Shown: positions 17,151 to 27,132 of the stretch, piece after piece
How positions within the stretch are numbered: the first letter of the stretch is position 1
Layout: every line of letters begins with the position of its first letter
DNA from: Acidimicrobiia bacterium
GTDB taxonomy: Bacteria; Actinomycetota; Acidimicrobiia; Spongiisociales; ZC4RG35
Direction: 5' to 3'
DNA length: 59,562 nt
NCBI GenBank assembly: GCA_041742825.1
Contig: JBGTNX010000062.1
Coordinates: 1-59,562 of the forward strand
Notes under the pieces: generated by a model
Database searches by the model: none
The model's input: the letters and a program-made list of their open reading frames with translations, nothing else
Told to the model about the DNA's origin: nothing
Position numbers and translations under genes: made by a program

Positions 17151-17546
17151 ATGGGATTCAATCCGGTCAACCTGACGTTCCGCTTCCTCCTCGAGATCAT
17201 CGGGCTCGTCGGTATCTTTCGGCTCGGGCTCGAGGTCGGAACCGGTGTCTGGCGATGGGTGCTAGCGGTCGGCTTCACCTTTGCGGCAATGACCCTCTGG
17301 GCTACTTTCCGGGTCCCCGGTGATCTAAGCGCCAAGGGTGACGCCCCCTATGCAGTGTCGGGGCAGGTGCGGCTGCTGATCGAGCTGGCAGTGTTCGGGG
17401 CCGGTGCTGTCGCTTGGTTTGTCACCGGCCCGAACTGGATGCGATGGGCCTATTTGGCGGCTCTGGCCCTCCATCACGCAATCTCCTACGACCGGATCGC
17501 CTGGTTGATTCGAGGCGGGACGGAGCCCGTCCCCAACACTAAGTAA
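17151..17546 (+). CDS. YrdB family (DUF2568) membrane protein
   Basis: NLTFRFLLE...LWATFRVPGD...RLLIELAVFG. Confidence 0.75.
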   Translation: MGFNPVNLTFRFLLEIIGLVGIFRLGLEVGTGVWRWVLAVGFTFAAMTLWATFRVPGDLSAKGDAPYAVSGQVRLLIELAVFGAGAVAWFVTGPNWMRWAYLAALALHHAISYDRIAWLIRGGTEPVPNTK

Positions 17547-19275
17547 TCGGCGCCGGCACCGCGGACAGGGGCAGGGACAGCTCGAAAACCGTCCATTGAT
17601 TGGATCTCCGGTACTCGAGGTCGCCGCCCATCAGGCGTGCAAGTTGGCGGGCGACGGCAAGGCCGAGCCCAACGGAGTCGGGTGCCGAACCCTCGCCCTG
17701 AGTCCGATAGTACGGCTCGAAGATCTGCTCGACATCGATGTGGCGCACTCCCAATCCGTTGTCCCGGACGCTGACCAGGGCGTTGCCATTGGCTTCGGCG
17801 ACTTCCACTTCGACGTTGTCTCCCCCGTACCGCGCCGCGTTGGTCAGGAGGTTGCGCAGAATCTGACGGGTGCGAAGCGGGTCGGCATGAGCAGAAATAG
17901 ACGCCCCCTGCACGGAGACTGAGATGCTGAGCCCTGTGGACTGGACGATGTCGAGGCACTCGTCGAGGAGGGAAATGTCAGTTGCCTGGATAGTCAGATT
18001 GCCCGAGGCGGCACGTTCGGAGGTGAGCAGGTCGTCGACCAGATGGGTCAGCTCAATGCTCTGGGCGTAGATGACCGAAGCCATCTCGGTCAGCTCTTCG
18101 GTCGAATAGTCTTCCACGCCGTCGGAAAGAGCTCCCGCAAAACCGACCACGGCGGAGAGCGGGGTGCGCAGCTCGTGGCTCACTGCGGCGATGAACCGGT
18201 CCTTGGCTTTGGCCAACTCCATGAGACCCTCTCGGGCCGCTTCCCTTTCCCAATAAGCGCCAACCATCTCGGCGGCCCGCATCAGACCTTCTACTTCGAT
18301 CCTGGACCATGTCCCTTCCCGGACGTGGTCGGTATAGCCGAGGGATCCCATCCAGCGACCTCCCGTGATGATCGGGGCTACGAGTTCGGCTCTGATTCCC
18401 TCGGACTCATAGCGCTCCCGAATTGGCATCGGAAGGTGAGCGGTGATGATCTCCACAGGCTTGCCGCTGCTCAGTGTCTCGGCAAAACTCTCCATCTGCG
18501 AATAGTCCCCGCTGACGAAGGTCACGTCCCGGTCGGGGTAGTCGGGATGCTGTGCTTCGGAGACGATCTCCCATCGGAGTGTGCCCCTCTGATCGACCCG
18601 GTTGACGTCGATGTATGCGTAGTAGGCCTCAGTTGCATCGAGCAATGCCAATAAGGCGGTATGCAGCGGGTCTTTGGTACCCCGGGTGAGCAACGCCTGG
18701 GAGCATTCGGCGAGGGCCTTTTGGATCCGCGCATGCTTTCGGGCGGTGATCGTTGCAGACGCGAGCGACCCGAACATGCGATGGACCACCCAGATGACTA
18801 CTCCCTGGCCCAGAGTTCCCACCAGGACGAAGCCGACGAGATTGGTGCCGGGGAATTCTGAATATGTGACGCTCAACAGTGCGAAGGCAGCAATCCCCCC
18901 GATCCAGATCTGAACGGGATGCGACGATCTGTTGTCGGTCATACCGATGTAGGTGATGGCGACGAGCACCAGAACCGTGAGGGTTGTCCCCGGGGTGGTC
19001 AAAGAGACCTGTCCGGAGGTGATTGCATCGGACAGCGACAGCACCGCGAACACCAGCCCGATGTAGATCGGGAGAAGCTGGATCTGGGAGAGCCTTCTGA
19101 GCAGAAACGTCGCCATGACTGCGATCGAGAGATATCCCGCGGACCGGATCATGGCCTCGCGTGAAGCCTCGTTGAGCCAAAGGTCGAGGGCCATGGCAAC
19201 CGGGGTGACCAGGATGCAGCTGATGAGGCCAGCGCGGCCGACTTGCTGCCGGTCACCGGCAGGGGCGATATCCAT
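17539..19275 (-). CDS. Membrane sensor histidine kinase with GAF domain (orphan)
   Basis: About 6 TM, GAF-like region, H-box VSHELRTPL, N-box NLLTNAARYG, DNGLG, GLGL. Confidence 0.9.
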   Translation of the reverse strand: MDIAPAGDRQQVGRAGLISCILVTPVAMALDLWLNEASREAMIRSAGYLSIAVMATFLLRRLSQIQLLPIYIGLVFAVLSLSDAITSGQVSLTTPGTTLTVLVLVAITYIGMTDNRSSHPVQIWIGGIAAFALLSVTYSEFPGTNLVGFVLVGTLGQGVVIWVVHRMFGSLASATITARKHARIQKALAECSQALLTRGTKDPLHTALLALLDATEAYYAYIDVNRVDQRGTLRWEIVSEAQHPDYPDRDVTFVSGDYSQMESFAETLSSGKPVEIITAHLPMPIRERYESEGIRAELVAPIITGGRWMGSLGYTDHVREGTWSRIEVEGLMRAAEMVGAYWEREAAREGLMELAKAKDRFIAAVSHELRTPLSAVVGFAGALSDGVEDYSTEELTEMASVIYAQSIELTHLVDDLLTSERAASGNLTIQATDISLLDECLDIVQSTGLSISVSVQGASISAHADPLRTRQILRNLLTNAARYGGDNVEVEVAEANGNALVSVRDNGLGVRHIDVEQIFEPYYRTQGEGSAPDSVGLGLAVARQLARLMGGDLEYRRSNQWTVFELSLPLSAVPAPIT

Positions 19276-19320
19276 GCTCGGGTTATCGGTGCCGTCGGCG
19301 CGATTCTGAAGAACACGCGA

Positions 19321-20331
19321 TCAACGGGAGATTGCTATTTTTCCGACCTGTTCGCCGGAATCGAGGTATGCCATCGCCTCTGGAAGTTCGGCGAAGGCGA
19401 AGGTCCGATCGACATAGCCGGTGGCTTGGCCCGAGCCGATGTAGTTGGTGGCCCTGGCGAACTGGGCATGTGTTCCCATCGAGGATCCAATGATCTCGAG
19501 TTGCTTGAAGAACAGGTAGGGCAGGCTCAGCTCGTACTTGGCTCCACTGGTTCCGCCGCAGATGGCGATCCGGCCACCGCGAACCGCCGCCTTCAACGAC
19601 TGGCCGAGTGTTGCCGGCCCGACATTCTCGATGATCACGTCCGCCCCACCGAGGGCCGACATCTCCTTGCCGAACTCATGGTCGGAGAGGAATCCGCCGG
19701 TGGCGCCCTGTTCGACTGCCCAATCGACCTTTTCCTGGGACCGGGAGGTGACATAGACCTCGGCGTCGAATGCGAGAGCCAGAGACATTGCGGCGGTCGA
19801 TACCCCACCGCCGATTCCCACCACCAGCACCCGTTCTCCTTGCTGGAGGTTGACCCGCTCCAGCATGCGCAAAGCGGTCACTGTCACCAGCCCGAATGTT
19901 CCCGCCACATCCCAGCCCATGGCTGTCGGCTTGCGGACCGCGTTGATTGTCGGGATCACTACCGACTCAGTTAGCGTCCCGTCGAGGTGCTCGCCGAGGA
20001 TCATGTAATCGGCGCAGTACACGATGTTGTCGCGGCCACAGTGGGCACATCTCCCGCAGGAGATGGTCGGGTCGATGATGATCTCGTCGCCGATGTCGAA
20101 CCCGGATACACCCTCGCCGATCGCGTCGACCCTGCCCGCCCCGTCGGCGCCGAGGATGTGCGGCAGGTGGTGCGGCTTGGGGAGCCCACGGCTCACCCAG
20201 AGATCGAGATGATTGAGCCCGCTCATCTCCAGCTTCACCCGGATCTGTCCGGGACCCGGCTGGGGCTCGTCGATCTCAACTGACTCGAGGGCTTCGGGTC
20301 CGGTGGTGTCGGTTAGGTGCCAGGCCTTCAT
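19321..20331 (-). CDS. Zinc-binding alcohol dehydrogenase/quinone oxidoreductase (MDR family)
   Basis: GLNHLDLW, LGADGAG, CGRCAHC..C structural Zn site, GIGGGV. Confidence 0.88.
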   Translation of the reverse strand: MKAWHLTDTTGPEALESVEIDEPQPGPGQIRVKLEMSGLNHLDLWVSRGLPKPHHLPHILGADGAGRVDAIGEGVSGFDIGDEIIIDPTISCGRCAHCGRDNIVYCADYMILGEHLDGTLTESVVIPTINAVRKPTAMGWDVAGTFGLVTVTALRMLERVNLQQGERVLVVGIGGGVSTAAMSLALAFDAEVYVTSRSQEKVDWAVEQGATGGFLSDHEFGKEMSALGGADVIIENVGPATLGQSLKAAVRGGRIAICGGTSGAKYELSLPYLFFKQLEIIGSSMGTHAQFARATNYIGSGQATGYVDRTFAFAELPEAMAYLDSGEQVGKIAISR

Positions 20332-20373
20332 GGAAGCGAGGGTAGCCTCTGGCCACAGGCTCACAGGAGAAGG

Positions 20374-20808
20374 ATGACTGTCCAGCTGCCCACCGATCGC
20401 GAGGTTCACGAAACGTCGCTGAAGGTTCGTTTCTACGAACTCGACCCGTACGACCATGTCAACCACACCAACTACTTCTCATACTTCGAGACGGCGCGTA
20501 TCGAATACCTGACCGACATGGGTTGGGGACTCGACGTCCTCAAGCAGAACGGGTGGCAGTTCGTCGTCGTCGAGCTGCGCGCCCGCTTCCTCGCTGCGGC
20601 GCGCTACGGCCAGGAACTGGTGATCCACACCTGGGTCGAAGACGTGGGCCGGGTGAAGTCGACGTGGCAACAACTGATGTTCCGCGACGACAAGGTGGTC
20701 GCCGAACTGGAAGTCTCCGCGGCATTTACCGACCTCGAAGGGCGTCCCCGCCGGATCCCGCGCGAGTTCGTTGATGAAATGGAGCGCATCAAAAGCACGG
20801 GAGGCTGA
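20374..20808 (+). CDS. Acyl-CoA thioesterase (YbgC/4HBT hotdog family)
   Basis: ELDPYDHVNHTNYFSYFETAR. Confidence 0.88.
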   Translation: MTVQLPTDREVHETSLKVRFYELDPYDHVNHTNYFSYFETARIEYLTDMGWGLDVLKQNGWQFVVVELRARFLAAARYGQELVIHTWVEDVGRVKSTWQQLMFRDDKVVAELEVSAAFTDLEGRPRRIPREFVDEMERIKSTGG

Positions 20809-20898
20809 TCCCTGTTCTTACCGAAGCGGGACATCCCCTTCACCTCCATTTAACAATTGACACCGATACTTCTCCTTGTCAGATCACAAGGAGTGTCC

Positions 20899-21552
20899 GT
20901 GAAGCAAAAACTCTTGGCCGCAACAGTTGCCGGAGGTCTCATGGTTGGAGCCGGTTTTGTGGCCGCGGCAATCTCCAATCCCGGGGTTGCCTCGGCTCAG
21001 GACGACTCACCAGACTCAACGGAGGAAACAAATGTCGGACCGGTCAAAAATCACGGCTCCGTTCTCGAAGATGTGCTTTCCGACCTCGTCGAAGACGGGA
21101 CCATCGATCAGGGACAGGCTGATGCAATTGTCGAAGCTCTCGATGCGAAGACCGCCGAATTCCGGACCGCGGCCCAGGACCTCAGAGGCCTGATCGCAGG
21201 TTTCCTCGAGGACGGGGTCATCACCGCTGACGAACTGGACCAACTGCCCGACGTTTTCCCCTTCAACGATCTGGCGGGTGTCTTCGGCGATGCCCTCGAC
21301 GACGGGGAACTCACTCTCGAAGAATTCCAGGAGGCGTTCCCCCAGCCGAAAGCGGCCCCGTTCTGGTCCGGCGCCAGGTTCGGCGCCCTGCTCGACGACG
21401 GTGGCATCGACCAGGAGGAATACGACTCACTCGCCGAAGTCCACCCTCTGCAGCAGTTGGACATGACCGAGCCCCTGGCCGACGGAATCATCACCCTCGA
21501 CGAGCTCAGAGAGTTAAAGAAGTCGCAGTCAGACTCGGGCGACGCCGCCTGA
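20899..21552 (+). CDS. Secreted acidic protein with five DG-x-[IL]-[TD]-x-x-[EQ] (EF-hand-like) repeats
   Basis: Signal peptide ending ASA-Q; DGTIDQGQ, DGVITADE, DGELTLEE, DGGIDQEE, DGIITLDE; SD AAGGAG. Confidence 0.7.
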   Translation: MKQKLLAATVAGGLMVGAGFVAAAISNPGVASAQDDSPDSTEETNVGPVKNHGSVLEDVLSDLVEDGTIDQGQADAIVEALDAKTAEFRTAAQDLRGLIAGFLEDGVITADELDQLPDVFPFNDLAGVFGDALDDGELTLEEFQEAFPQPKAAPFWSGARFGALLDDGGIDQEEYDSLAEVHPLQQLDMTEPLADGIITLDELRELKKSQSDSGDAA

Positions 21553-21576
21553 TTCTCCCCTCTCCCTGCGACGAGA

Positions 21577-21610
21577 AAGACCCCGGTTCCCCGACCGGGG
21601 TCTTCTCTTT
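21577..21610 (+). terminator. Intrinsic terminator hairpin
   Basis: AAGACCCCGGT-tccccg-ACCGGGGTCTT followed by CTCTTT, between convergent genes. Confidence 0.75.
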
Positions 21611-21612
21611 CC

Positions 21613-21660
21613 GTTCCTAAGGCGTGGCGTATCACATGTGATACCTGGCGCGTACAGAAC
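21613..21660. repeat. 48-bp imperfect palindrome with perfect 16-bp core GTATCACATGTGATAC
   Basis: Core at 21629-21644 is self-complementary; flanks GTTC...GCG / CGC...GAAC are symmetric about the same centre. Confidence 0.55.
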
Positions 21661-21666
21661 GGGGGC

Positions 21667-22350
21667 TCAGCTGAGGAAGTCGGCCACCCAGGCGTCGGCC
21701 GGGGAGGCAACCAGTGCGCTGAGCGTGCCGGTCTGCACAATCCGCCCATCCCTGAGCAAGGCGAGCCGGTCACAAATGGCGTCAGCCTCCGCGGCGTCGT
21801 GGGTGACGACAATCGCAGTTGCCTCCCGGTCCTTCAAGAGGGCCCGGGTCTCGGTAACGAGACGACTGCGAAGGTTTCGGTCGAGCGCCCCGAGGGGCTC
21901 ATCGAGCATCACCAGCCGCGGCCGCGGGGCGAGGGTGCGCGCCAGCGCTACCCGTTGCTTCTCGCCTCCGGATAGGTCATCGACAGTCCGTTCGGAGAAC
22001 CCGTTCATCCCCACCCACGCCAGTGCCTCGTCGACCTGGCGATCTGCCCCCTTGTCGAGCCCGAAGGCAACATTCTCGCCGACCGTTAGATGAGGAAAGA
22101 GGGCGTAGCCCTGGAACATAAGGCCGAATCGGCGTCTGTGAGTGGGTAATTGGGTGATGTCCTCGCCGTCCCAATAGATCGCACCCGAAGATGGTTCGAT
22201 GATTCCGGCGATGGCGCGGAGGAGGGTCGACTTACCGGAACCGGACGGGCCGAGAATCCCGACGATCTCACCGTCCGCCACCTCGAGGTCGACGTCGCTG
22301 AGGATCCCGCTTTCTTCGATCGTGACATGGAGGTTCTCTACGCGGAGCAT
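21667..22350 (-). CDS. thiQ: Thiamine ABC transporter ATP-binding subunit (ThiQ-like)
   Basis: GPSGSGKS, LSGGEKQR, MLDEP; third gene of TPP-riboswitch operon. Confidence 0.8.
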   Translation of the reverse strand: MLRVENLHVTIEESGILSDVDLEVADGEIVGILGPSGSGKSTLLRAIAGIIEPSSGAIYWDGEDITQLPTHRRRFGLMFQGYALFPHLTVGENVAFGLDKGADRQVDEALAWVGMNGFSERTVDDLSGGEKQRVALARTLAPRPRLVMLDEPLGALDRNLRSRLVTETRALLKDREATAIVVTHDAAEADAICDRLALLRDGRIVQTGTLSALVASPADAWVADFLS

Positions 22351-23903
22351 CAGAATGAGCCTATGTCGCCGGCGCGGAACCGGTCGACCCAGAGAATGAT
22401 TCCGGCGGTCAGTGCCGCAAGGATCACCGACAGTGCCATCGCCATCCCGAACGAACTTTGCCCCGGCCTGGAAAGCAGCCGGAAAATCAGAGTTGGGATG
22501 GTGGCGGTATTGGGCCGGGCCACGAATGAGGTCGCACCGAATTCACCAAGCGAAATCACGAGGGAGAACCCCGTGGCAACCAGAGCGGCCTTGCTGACCA
22601 GGGGCAGGTCGACCCGGCGCCACACCCGCCACGGCGATGCTCCCAGGGTCGATGCCGCGTTCCTGAGGTCGGGGTCGATGGAACGCATTGCGGGCAGGGT
22701 GATGCGGACCACGAAAGGAATGGCGATGAGGGCATGGGCCATGGGCACGAGGATCAGCGATGCCCTGAGATCGAAAGGCCAGTCGAGGGCCACGATGAAA
22801 CCCAGCCCGATTGCAACAGCCGAGGTTCCTAGCGGGAGCATCAGGGTGGTGTCGAACCACCGCGACAGCTTTCCGGAGCGATGACTGACGAGGGTGGCGG
22901 CCATCATCCCGATGACCAGGGCGACTATGGCGGCCACCGCTGCGGTGAGGAGGCTGTTGCGGATCGCGGCACCGGGATCTCCGACCACCAGATCAGCACC
23001 GAACAGGTCGCGGTACGAGCCCATCGAGCCCCGGACCAGCGTGAAGAGCGGCACTGCCAGCGCCGCAAGCGTTCCGGCAACTGCTGTGTACACCCACAAT
23101 CTCGAACGCCCGGTCGGTAATGGAACCGAAGCGTCGGAACTCACCTCCCAAGAGGCCGAATGTCGCTCCTGGTAGCGGGAATACAGGTAGAGAGCGGTGC
23201 TCACCCCGATCAGCTGGACGACCGCCATAACCGCAGCGAGAGGTATGTCGAATAGGACAACTGCCTGCCGGTAGATCTCGACCTCGAGTGTGGCGAACTG
23301 GTACCCGCCGAGGATCAGGATCACACCGAAGGACGTGAAAGTGAAGAGGAACACGATCGAGGCTGCCGCGGCCAGCGATGGCCGGAGCAGGGGGAGGGTG
23401 ACCCTCCGCATCACCTGGCGCGGGGACGCACCGAGGGAGGCGGCAGCATGCAAGAGGTCCGGGTCGAGCCGGCGCCATTGCGAGCCGACAGTGCGCACGA
23501 CAACAGCCACGTTGAAGAAGACATGGGCAGCGAGGATCGCGCCGATCGAGTCCCGCCAGCCGAGTGCAACGAAAGCAGTCCCGACGACGACTGTCGGAAG
23601 GACAAACGGGACCGTCACCAACGCCATCGCCAGCTTCCTCCCTTTGAACTCGTACCTGCCCACCGCCCAGGTCATCGGGGCGGCGGCTACGAAGGTGAGG
23701 GCAGTCGACACTATTGCCTGCCAGAAGGTGAACCAGCCGACCCGGAATAGACGGTCCTCCACCCCGGATGCGCCCACCCCGAGTTCGGACAAACCCAGTG
23801 CCAGGATGCGGGCGAGCGGGTAGAGGAAGAAGTAGCCGAGAAAGAGTGCGGGGACAGCCGCAACGGCCAACCAACCCCACCGGATCCTCGATCGACGGAC
23901 CAC
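22350..23903 (-). CDS. thiP: Thiamine ABC transporter permease (ThiP-like, two BPD_transp_1 domains)
   Basis: About 12 TM, two EAA-like loops (AAASLGASP, AASTLGASP), FTSFG, LGEFGAT. Confidence 0.82.
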   Translation of the reverse strand: MVRRSRIRWGWLAVAAVPALFLGYFFLYPLARILALGLSELGVGASGVEDRLFRVGWFTFWQAIVSTALTFVAAAPMTWAVGRYEFKGRKLAMALVTVPFVLPTVVVGTAFVALGWRDSIGAILAAHVFFNVAVVVRTVGSQWRRLDPDLLHAAASLGASPRQVMRRVTLPLLRPSLAAAASIVFLFTFTSFGVILILGGYQFATLEVEIYRQAVVLFDIPLAAVMAVVQLIGVSTALYLYSRYQERHSASWEVSSDASVPLPTGRSRLWVYTAVAGTLAALAVPLFTLVRGSMGSYRDLFGADLVVGDPGAAIRNSLLTAAVAAIVALVIGMMAATLVSHRSGKLSRWFDTTLMLPLGTSAVAIGLGFIVALDWPFDLRASLILVPMAHALIAIPFVVRITLPAMRSIDPDLRNAASTLGASPWRVWRRVDLPLVSKAALVATGFSLVISLGEFGATSFVARPNTATIPTLIFRLLSRPGQSSFGMAMALSVILAALTAGIILWVDRFRAGDIGSF

Positions 23904-24943
23904 TAACTATCCATCAGATCGGACCAAAGCTGGACCCAGGTCTCCCGGTTCTCGGCGATATATGCCGGGTCGAATTGGGCCGGTGACTCGGGTATTACCG
24001 TGTGCTCGACGAATTCCTGGGGGAGGGCAGCGTCGCCGTTGGCCGGGAAAACGAACCAGTTGAGGGGGATCGTCTCCTGGAACTCGACCGACAGCATGAA
24101 GTCGATCAGGTCGCCCGCTGCCTCGGGATAGTCGGTCCCGTCCAGAACTCCGGCGAATTCGACCTGGCGGTAACAACCGGCCTCGATGACACCGGTCGGC
24201 GCCTCTACGATCGGCTCTTCGGCGAAGATCACCTCGGCCGGTGGTGACGACGCGTAAGACACAACGAGGGAGCGATCCCCTCCGTATCGGGTGAAGTCGC
24301 CGTAGTAGGCAGAGTTCCAGTCCGGCGCCACCTTGACCCCTCCAGCCTTCAAGTCGGTCCAGTAGTCGATCCAACCGTCCTCACCGAACTCTTCGATCGT
24401 CGCGAGCAAGAAAGCCAGGCCCGGGGACGAGGTCGCCGGATGCTCGACGACCATGGCGCCGGCGTAGACGTTCACCCGGAGGTCGTCGAGGCGGGTGGGG
24501 ACGTGAAGTTGGGCGGTCGCGAACCACTCCTTGTCGTAGTTCAGGCAGACATCGCCGTAGCTGACCGGGGTCACCAGGTTTTCGGGGCCGAGTCTCAGGC
24601 TCTCCGGGACGCTCTCGATCAAATTCGAGGTGTGTTCTGTGAACACGTCTTCTTCCAGAGCCCTGGACAGGAACGTGTCGTCGACGCCGAACATGACATC
24701 GGCAATCGGGTTGCCCGCGGTGAGTGCGGCCTGGGTCACCATGCCCCCGGCATCGCCGGCAGCGAGCACGTCGACCGCTATCCCCGTTTCTTCGGTGAAG
24801 GATGCAAACGTCTCCTCGGTGACTGCATCGGCAAACGAGTCGTGAGCGACCAGGGTGAGGCTATCGGGTGTCTCTGCCGTCTCGCCACCACAGGCCGCGA
24901 CGAGTAAGGCAAGCCCGATGAGGGCCGTCGATATTTTCCGCAT
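23903..24943 (-). CDS. thiB: Thiamine ABC transporter substrate-binding lipoprotein (TbpA/ThiB)
   Basis: Lipobox VAAC, HDSF, GDAG, ADVMFGVDDT, TSSPGLAFL, SYASSP, RQVEFAG. Confidence 0.9.
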   Translation of the reverse strand: MRKISTALIGLALLVAACGGETAETPDSLTLVAHDSFADAVTEETFASFTEETGIAVDVLAAGDAGGMVTQAALTAGNPIADVMFGVDDTFLSRALEEDVFTEHTSNLIESVPESLRLGPENLVTPVSYGDVCLNYDKEWFATAQLHVPTRLDDLRVNVYAGAMVVEHPATSSPGLAFLLATIEEFGEDGWIDYWTDLKAGGVKVAPDWNSAYYGDFTRYGGDRSLVVSYASSPPAEVIFAEEPIVEAPTGVIEAGCYRQVEFAGVLDGTDYPEAAGDLIDFMLSVEFQETIPLNWFVFPANGDAALPQEFVEHTVIPESPAQFDPAYIAENRETWVQLWSDLMDS

Positions 24944-24979
24944 GATCTCAACTCCTAAAAACGGGAGCCAATTGCGGTG

Positions 24980-25075
<96 letters not shown>

Positions 25076-25110
25076 TCAAGGGTAGTGCGCCCGCGGAGTA
25101 CCGGAAAAGT

Positions 25111-26286
25111 TCAGGCCGGGCCGAAGGCGAGAACCGTGTTGTGTCCGCCGAAGCCGAACGAGTTGGAGAGAGTTGGCCCCGGTGTCCACTCCCTGGGCTC
25201 GAGGACGATGTCCGTGAGCGGGATGTCGGGGTCCTGGTTGTCGAGACCGAGGTTGGGGAGCAACTCACGGCGGAGCATAGACTCGACGACCATCACCGCC
25301 TCGATCGAACCCGAAGCCCCCAGACCGTGCCCGGTTGTCCCCTTGATCGACGAGACCGCGGGTTGGTTGCTGCCGAAGATCCTTTCGATGACAGCCCCTT
25401 CGGTCCGGTCGTTGAGGTCGGTGCCGGTGCCGTGGGCGTTTATGTACGCGACATCACCAGGAGTCAGCCCGGCATCTTCGAGGGCGAGCCGCATCGCACG
25501 TTCGGCCCCGTCGCCCTCCGGGTGAGGAGCGGTGATGTGGTAGGCATCGGCGGTGGACGCTCCTCCAAGCACTTCGGCAAGGATTGTCGCGCCGCGGGCG
25601 CGTGCCCTTTCCATGTCCTCCAGGACCAGGACGGCGCCACCTTCCCCCATCACGAAACCGTCACGGTCGACGTCGAACGGCTTGGCCACTGATGTCTTCG
25701 ACAGGGCTCGTGCCGAGGCGAAGCCCTCCCGTGCCGACTTGCGGGCTGCTGCTTCGGTCCCTCCGACGATGGCGACATCGGCGTATCCCCACTGGATCAT
25801 CCGCATCCCGTCGAGGATCGCCTGTGCTCCAGCGGCGCAGGCAACGACCGGGGTGTTCGCCTGCCCGCCAAATCCGTATTTGATTGAGATTGCTGCTGCA
25901 GCGGCATTGGCCATCATCATCGGGACCAGGAACGGTGAGACCCTGGGGTCGTCCTTCTGGCTCTCGTTGACCAGGATCTCCAGAGACTCGAGCCCTCCAA
26001 TACCGGTTGCGACCGAGACGGTCACACGGTTCGGATCGGCCGCGAATTCTCCTGCCTGCTTGAAGGCCTCGTCTGCCGCGACCAGGGCGAACTCGGTAAA
26101 CCTGTCGAGCCGGCGCGACTCGCGTTTGGGGACGATCGGTTCGGGATCCCAGTTCTCGATGACATGGGGCCCCGGCCCGGATGGACCGGCCATCAAACCT
26201 TTCCAGAGTGCGTCGACATTGAGGCCTGGTGCAGCCACCGCGCCGGTGCCGGTTACCACGACACGTTTCTTTTCCATGGAAGTCAT
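25111..26286 (-). CDS. fabF: 3-oxoacyl-ACP synthase II (FabF-like)
   Basis: Catalytic VACAAG, NAHGTGT, TGHGLGA, SNSFGFGGHN. Confidence 0.85.
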   Translation of the reverse strand: MTSMEKKRVVVTGTGAVAAPGLNVDALWKGLMAGPSGPGPHVIENWDPEPIVPKRESRRLDRFTEFALVAADEAFKQAGEFAADPNRVTVSVATGIGGLESLEILVNESQKDDPRVSPFLVPMMMANAAAAAISIKYGFGGQANTPVVACAAGAQAILDGMRMIQWGYADVAIVGGTEAAARKSAREGFASARALSKTSVAKPFDVDRDGFVMGEGGAVLVLEDMERARARGATILAEVLGGASTADAYHITAPHPEGDGAERAMRLALEDAGLTPGDVAYINAHGTGTDLNDRTEGAVIERIFGSNQPAVSSIKGTTGHGLGASGSIEAVMVVESMLRRELLPNLGLDNQDPDIPLTDIVLEPREWTPGPTLSNSFGFGGHNTVLAFGPA

Positions 26287-26311
26287 CCTGCTCTTGTCGG
26301 TTATTACTTAG

Positions 26312-27082
26312 TCAATCAGGGAACACGGAACGTTGCAGCTTCCGCATACCCCCGAGCCAGCGTTCGTAGTCGTTGGCCTTGTTCTGGAAGAACTTTCCCA
26401 CATCGCCGTGCGGAAGTATCAGGAACTCTTCGGAGGCGATCCCGGCAACCACTGCGTCGGCCACTTTTTCGGGGGAGATGGCGTGCGGTGAGAGTAGGTC
26501 ATGAAACTCGGTTGCGACATCGAGGAGGGGAGTGTCGACCCCCATCGGGCAGAGACAGCTCACCTTTACTCCCTTGTCGCCGTAGGTGATGGCAAGCCAC
26601 TCGGCAAAGGCGACAGCAGCATGTTTTGTCACCGTGTATTGGGCTGCCTTGAGGTTGGTGAGAAGCCCGGCGGCCGACGCTGTGGACAGGAAGTACCCCT
26701 CGCCGCGGGCGATCCATCCGGGGATGAGTGCTTTTGCGGCGTGGACGTGGGACATCGTGTTGATCTGCCACATCCGGTCCCATTCCGAAGGATCGGTTTG
26801 CTCGTCTCCGACGAACCCGATTCCAGCGTTGGCACAGAAGAGGTCGACAGGGCCGAATTTCTCCTCGGTTGTGTCCACCAGCGTCTGGTTGTCATCGGGA
26901 GAGCCAACGTCGACACGCATTCCGAATGCCCCGAGGTCCGAAGCTACCCGCTGCACCGAGTCCCCATTGATGTCAGCAAGCACGAGGCCGGCCGGTGACT
27001 CTCTGGCGAATCGCCGGGCGAGAGCTTCGCCGATCCCGCTCCCGGCACCGGTGACAACTATGACGCGGTCGTTTAGTTTCAC
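26312..27082 (-). CDS. Short-chain dehydrogenase/reductase
   Basis: TGAGSGIG, ANAG, YTVTK. Confidence 0.9.
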   Translation of the reverse strand: MKLNDRVIVVTGAGSGIGEALARRFARESPAGLVLADINGDSVQRVASDLGAFGMRVDVGSPDDNQTLVDTTEEKFGPVDLFCANAGIGFVGDEQTDPSEWDRMWQINTMSHVHAAKALIPGWIARGEGYFLSTASAAGLLTNLKAAQYTVTKHAAVAFAEWLAITYGDKGVKVSCLCPMGVDTPLLDVATEFHDLLSPHAISPEKVADAVVAGIASEEFLILPHGDVGKFFQNKANDYERWLGGMRKLQRSVFPD

Positions 27083-27132
27083 ATCGGTACGTTAGTGATG
27101 ATCAGTCGCCGCGCCGTCTGACACTGGTAGGA

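Noticed and set aside
17539-19275. Orphan kinase as the sensor for the TTGA regulon
   Set aside because: Only proximity supports it; no cognate regulator in the window
21629-21644. parS site
   Set aside because: Core ATCACATGTGAT does not match TTTCACGTGAAA
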